From Azolla caroliniana (lineage: Eukaryota > Plantae > Polypodiophyta): a DNA stretch of 64,000 nt. Shown one piece after another: positions 61,488 through 64,000 of the stretch; within the stretch, counting starts at the first letter, position 1, and each line of letters starts with the position of its first letter. The stretch lies in the NCBI GenBank assembly GCA_043228905.1, contig JBHGNT010000015.1, positions 4,960,001-5,024,000 of the forward strand, given 5' to 3'. Below the pieces are notes generated by a model, which saw nothing but the letters and a program-made list of their open reading frames with translations, was not told where the DNA came from and searched no databases. Both the position numbers and the translations under genes were made by a program.

Positions 61488-63166
61488 GTGACCATGATAG
61501 TCCCCAATAAGAGTGAGTTGTCAAGTAACTCATGTATATCCGAAAGGACCAAGAGACGAGTGGTTCTTCACATAGTCCGTTATTTGGTAGAAATAACAAA
61601 GAGATTTAGTGAAGAGGATCGTAGGGATATTATATGTAGAGTGTTACACCATCAATGTTTGAATGAAGACATGGGGAGAATAAAATTTAGGGACCAATGT
61701 GTTTCAGAAGAGATTGTAGAGTCTATGAAGTCATCCCTAGACTTAGTGAAAAGTGTAGAGAGCATAGACAAACGTGTTGCTAAGAGGGCAGTCCTACCAT
61801 GGTTGTGAACGGAACTTGATACTAAAGTTGCCTTAGCCCTGGGTATTTAAAGAAGGAACTTGAGGAAATATCACCGAAATATACACTGAAGCCAATTCAA
61901 GTGGCTGGGGTTGGGACGTAGACGAGGATGTGATGCCTTGTCTCAAGAGATGATTGAGAAAGTGGATTCGTTTAGGGCAAAAAATACGCGTGTCTGACCA
62001 AATAAGAAGGACATGTGTAGACAACGAATAATTGGGGCAAGTACCAGATTCACCCTAAACACTTCTTGGAGATGACTGAGGTATTTCATTTTTTGATATC
62101 AATTCACATTCCATAAATTTTTGTTTTGACGTAGTGTATATTAATGTTTGCTATATATTGGTTGATGTAGGCTGAATTATACATGAACTTTAAAGACCAA
62201 CATCCAAGCATGACTGTTGGATTCTGTAAGTTCCAAGGTTTGAAACCATATTATGTTAGAAAATTAAATGAGAGGAATACATGTTGTTGTGTGTACCATG
62301 TGAAGATGGACATGTTAAGGCTTGGAGTAAATGCAATGCGTACTGATTCTAAGGGTGTACACGGGGAATTATGTGTCTGCACTTGTGAGGTTTGTAGACC
62401 AAATGGGGAGGATAATAGGTGTAATGCACGAAACATGACTTATGCATCCGTTTCTAAGCTATGGAGGTCTTGTGTATGTGAAAAAGAACCATCATGTCAG
62501 TGGCATCGTCGTACATGTCTTTTAAGCATATGTAAGGTTTGTCCGCCACCATTATTTTGTAGATAGGAGCTTGATCTGGGAAACATTCATATTGTGAAAT
62601 GGAAATATTAACTTGATTTGGGAAACAGCCATATTGTGAAATGGAAATATTTAGAGTATGTGTTTGAAAATATAGGCAAGGGACTTGTAACTAAGCGTAT
62701 CAAGGAAGTATATAAGGAGACATGTGTTGCTACCCTTGTCTCAGAATTTAAGAAACAACTTGGGGAGTTCATTCCACATAACTTCCGGAGATTTTGGCAA
62801 AATTCACAGTTCAAGGAATGTATTAATAACATACCACCGAGTGTCATTGTATCTGTTATTGACTTTGTAGAAAACTATACATTTAAAGTTTAAAATGAGG
62901 TTCAATCAATGCATTGGTACAATGATCAATGCACAATACTTGTACATATTTGCTATTGGAGACAAGACAATGAGTTACATAAGAAATCAATATTTTACAT
63001 TTCAGATGATAAAAAACATGATACACTATTTGTTCAACATTGTTTTAAGCTTCACCATGCAAATTTATTGTCTCTAGGGTCTAGCTTTAACCATCATTGG
63101 GTTTGGTCTGGTGGTGTTGGCTCGCAGTTTATGGCGGCACAATCGTTCTACTTTATCGCCAAGTAA
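61488..63166 (+). mobile_element. Degenerate intron-containing DNA transposase, Sola (Sola2-like); probably continues beyond the window
   Basis: CCCVYH and Cys clusters, DFVENY..EVQSMHW..Q.TI, ISDDKKHD, WSGG..SQF. In-frame GT-AG intron 62081-62170. Family assignment is from motif memory. Confidence 0.65.
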
Positions 63167-63500
63167 TTTTTAATCGATATGTTGTAATTCTCCTACTTGT
63201 TAGGTTCAAAGTTTACATCTTAATATGGTACTCCCAATTGCGTTTGTACTAATTCTCTACACACTAACTATTTTAGTATTCTTGCAAGACAAGTGGGTAT
63301 TCTCCTATCATGTCACCTCCAACTTGGGTTTGTCTACCCTTGTGCATCAATACTATTTTATGTTTTCAGCTACATAAAAAACTCTTGATAGACAACACAA
63401 TACTATTCAAATAGTTGCCTGCATACTAATTATGCTTTTAACTATGTTAAGTGTTCTTGATTGATCACACACTCTCCTCCTTTCACGTGAATCTGTGTTT

Positions 63501-64000
63501 ATTATCTTTTAATCCATGTTAAGTGTTTTCCATAGACACATTGTACTATGTTGTGTGTTGTATTTGTACTAAATCATTATTTATTGAAGGATGTAAAGTA
63601 CTTGTCTTGTACTCATAATATTGTCCATTCTTAAGAGTTTACACTAATTATCTTTTAATCCATGTTGAGTGTTCTCCATGGACACATTGTACTGTACTCA
63701 GTGTTGTATCTATACTAAATTAGTATTTATTTAAGGTTGTAAAGTACTCGTCTTGTACTCATAATATTGTCCGTTCTTAAGAGTTTGTACTAATTATCTT
63801 TTAATCCATGTTGAGTGTTCTCCATGGACACATTGTATTGTACAGTGTGTTCTATCTGTACTAAATCAATATTTATTGAAGGATGAAAAGTACTCGTCTT
63901 GTACTCATCATATTGTCTGTTCTTAATAGTGTGTACTAATTATCTTTTAATCCATGTTAAGTGTTCTCCATGGACACATTGAATTGTATTGTGTGTTGTA
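63501..64000. repeat. 146-bp AT-rich tandem repeat, at least 3.4 copies, runs off the window
   Basis: ATTATCTTTTAATCCATGTT recurs at 63501, 63647, 63793 and 63939. Confidence 0.92.

Overview
Eukaryotic land-plant genomic DNA, probably from a non-seed plant such as a fern or lycophyte (inferred from the retrotransposon lineages present). About 80% is nested transposons around a small ERD4/OSCA3 (CSC1-like mechanosensitive channel) gene cluster. The cluster has one spliceable 7-exon, 729-aa gene (minus, 39172-43165), one TE-riddled pseudogene (plus, 8918-31239) and one fragment (295-937). Mobile elements: four LTR-bounded Ty1/copia elements plus two relics, a 4-bp-TSD non-chromovirus Gypsy family (one full copy, three solo LTRs), three chromodomain Gypsy copies plus a gag relic, LINE 3' fragments and an intron-containing Sola-like transposase. 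Main observations: (1) several Gypsy LTR families carry an outward-facing tRNA-like A/B-box module, coupled in the chromoviruses to dense heat-shock-element arrays. (2) One such element inserted into the last ERD4 exon, supplying a new 18-aa C-terminus and aiming its promoter antisense into the gene. (3) One element has two U3 ends, joined at a palindromic HSE. (4) Two -1 frameshift cassettes, a Tf1-like self-priming site and CpG-centred target sites are visible. All alignments were done by eye; no database searches were run.
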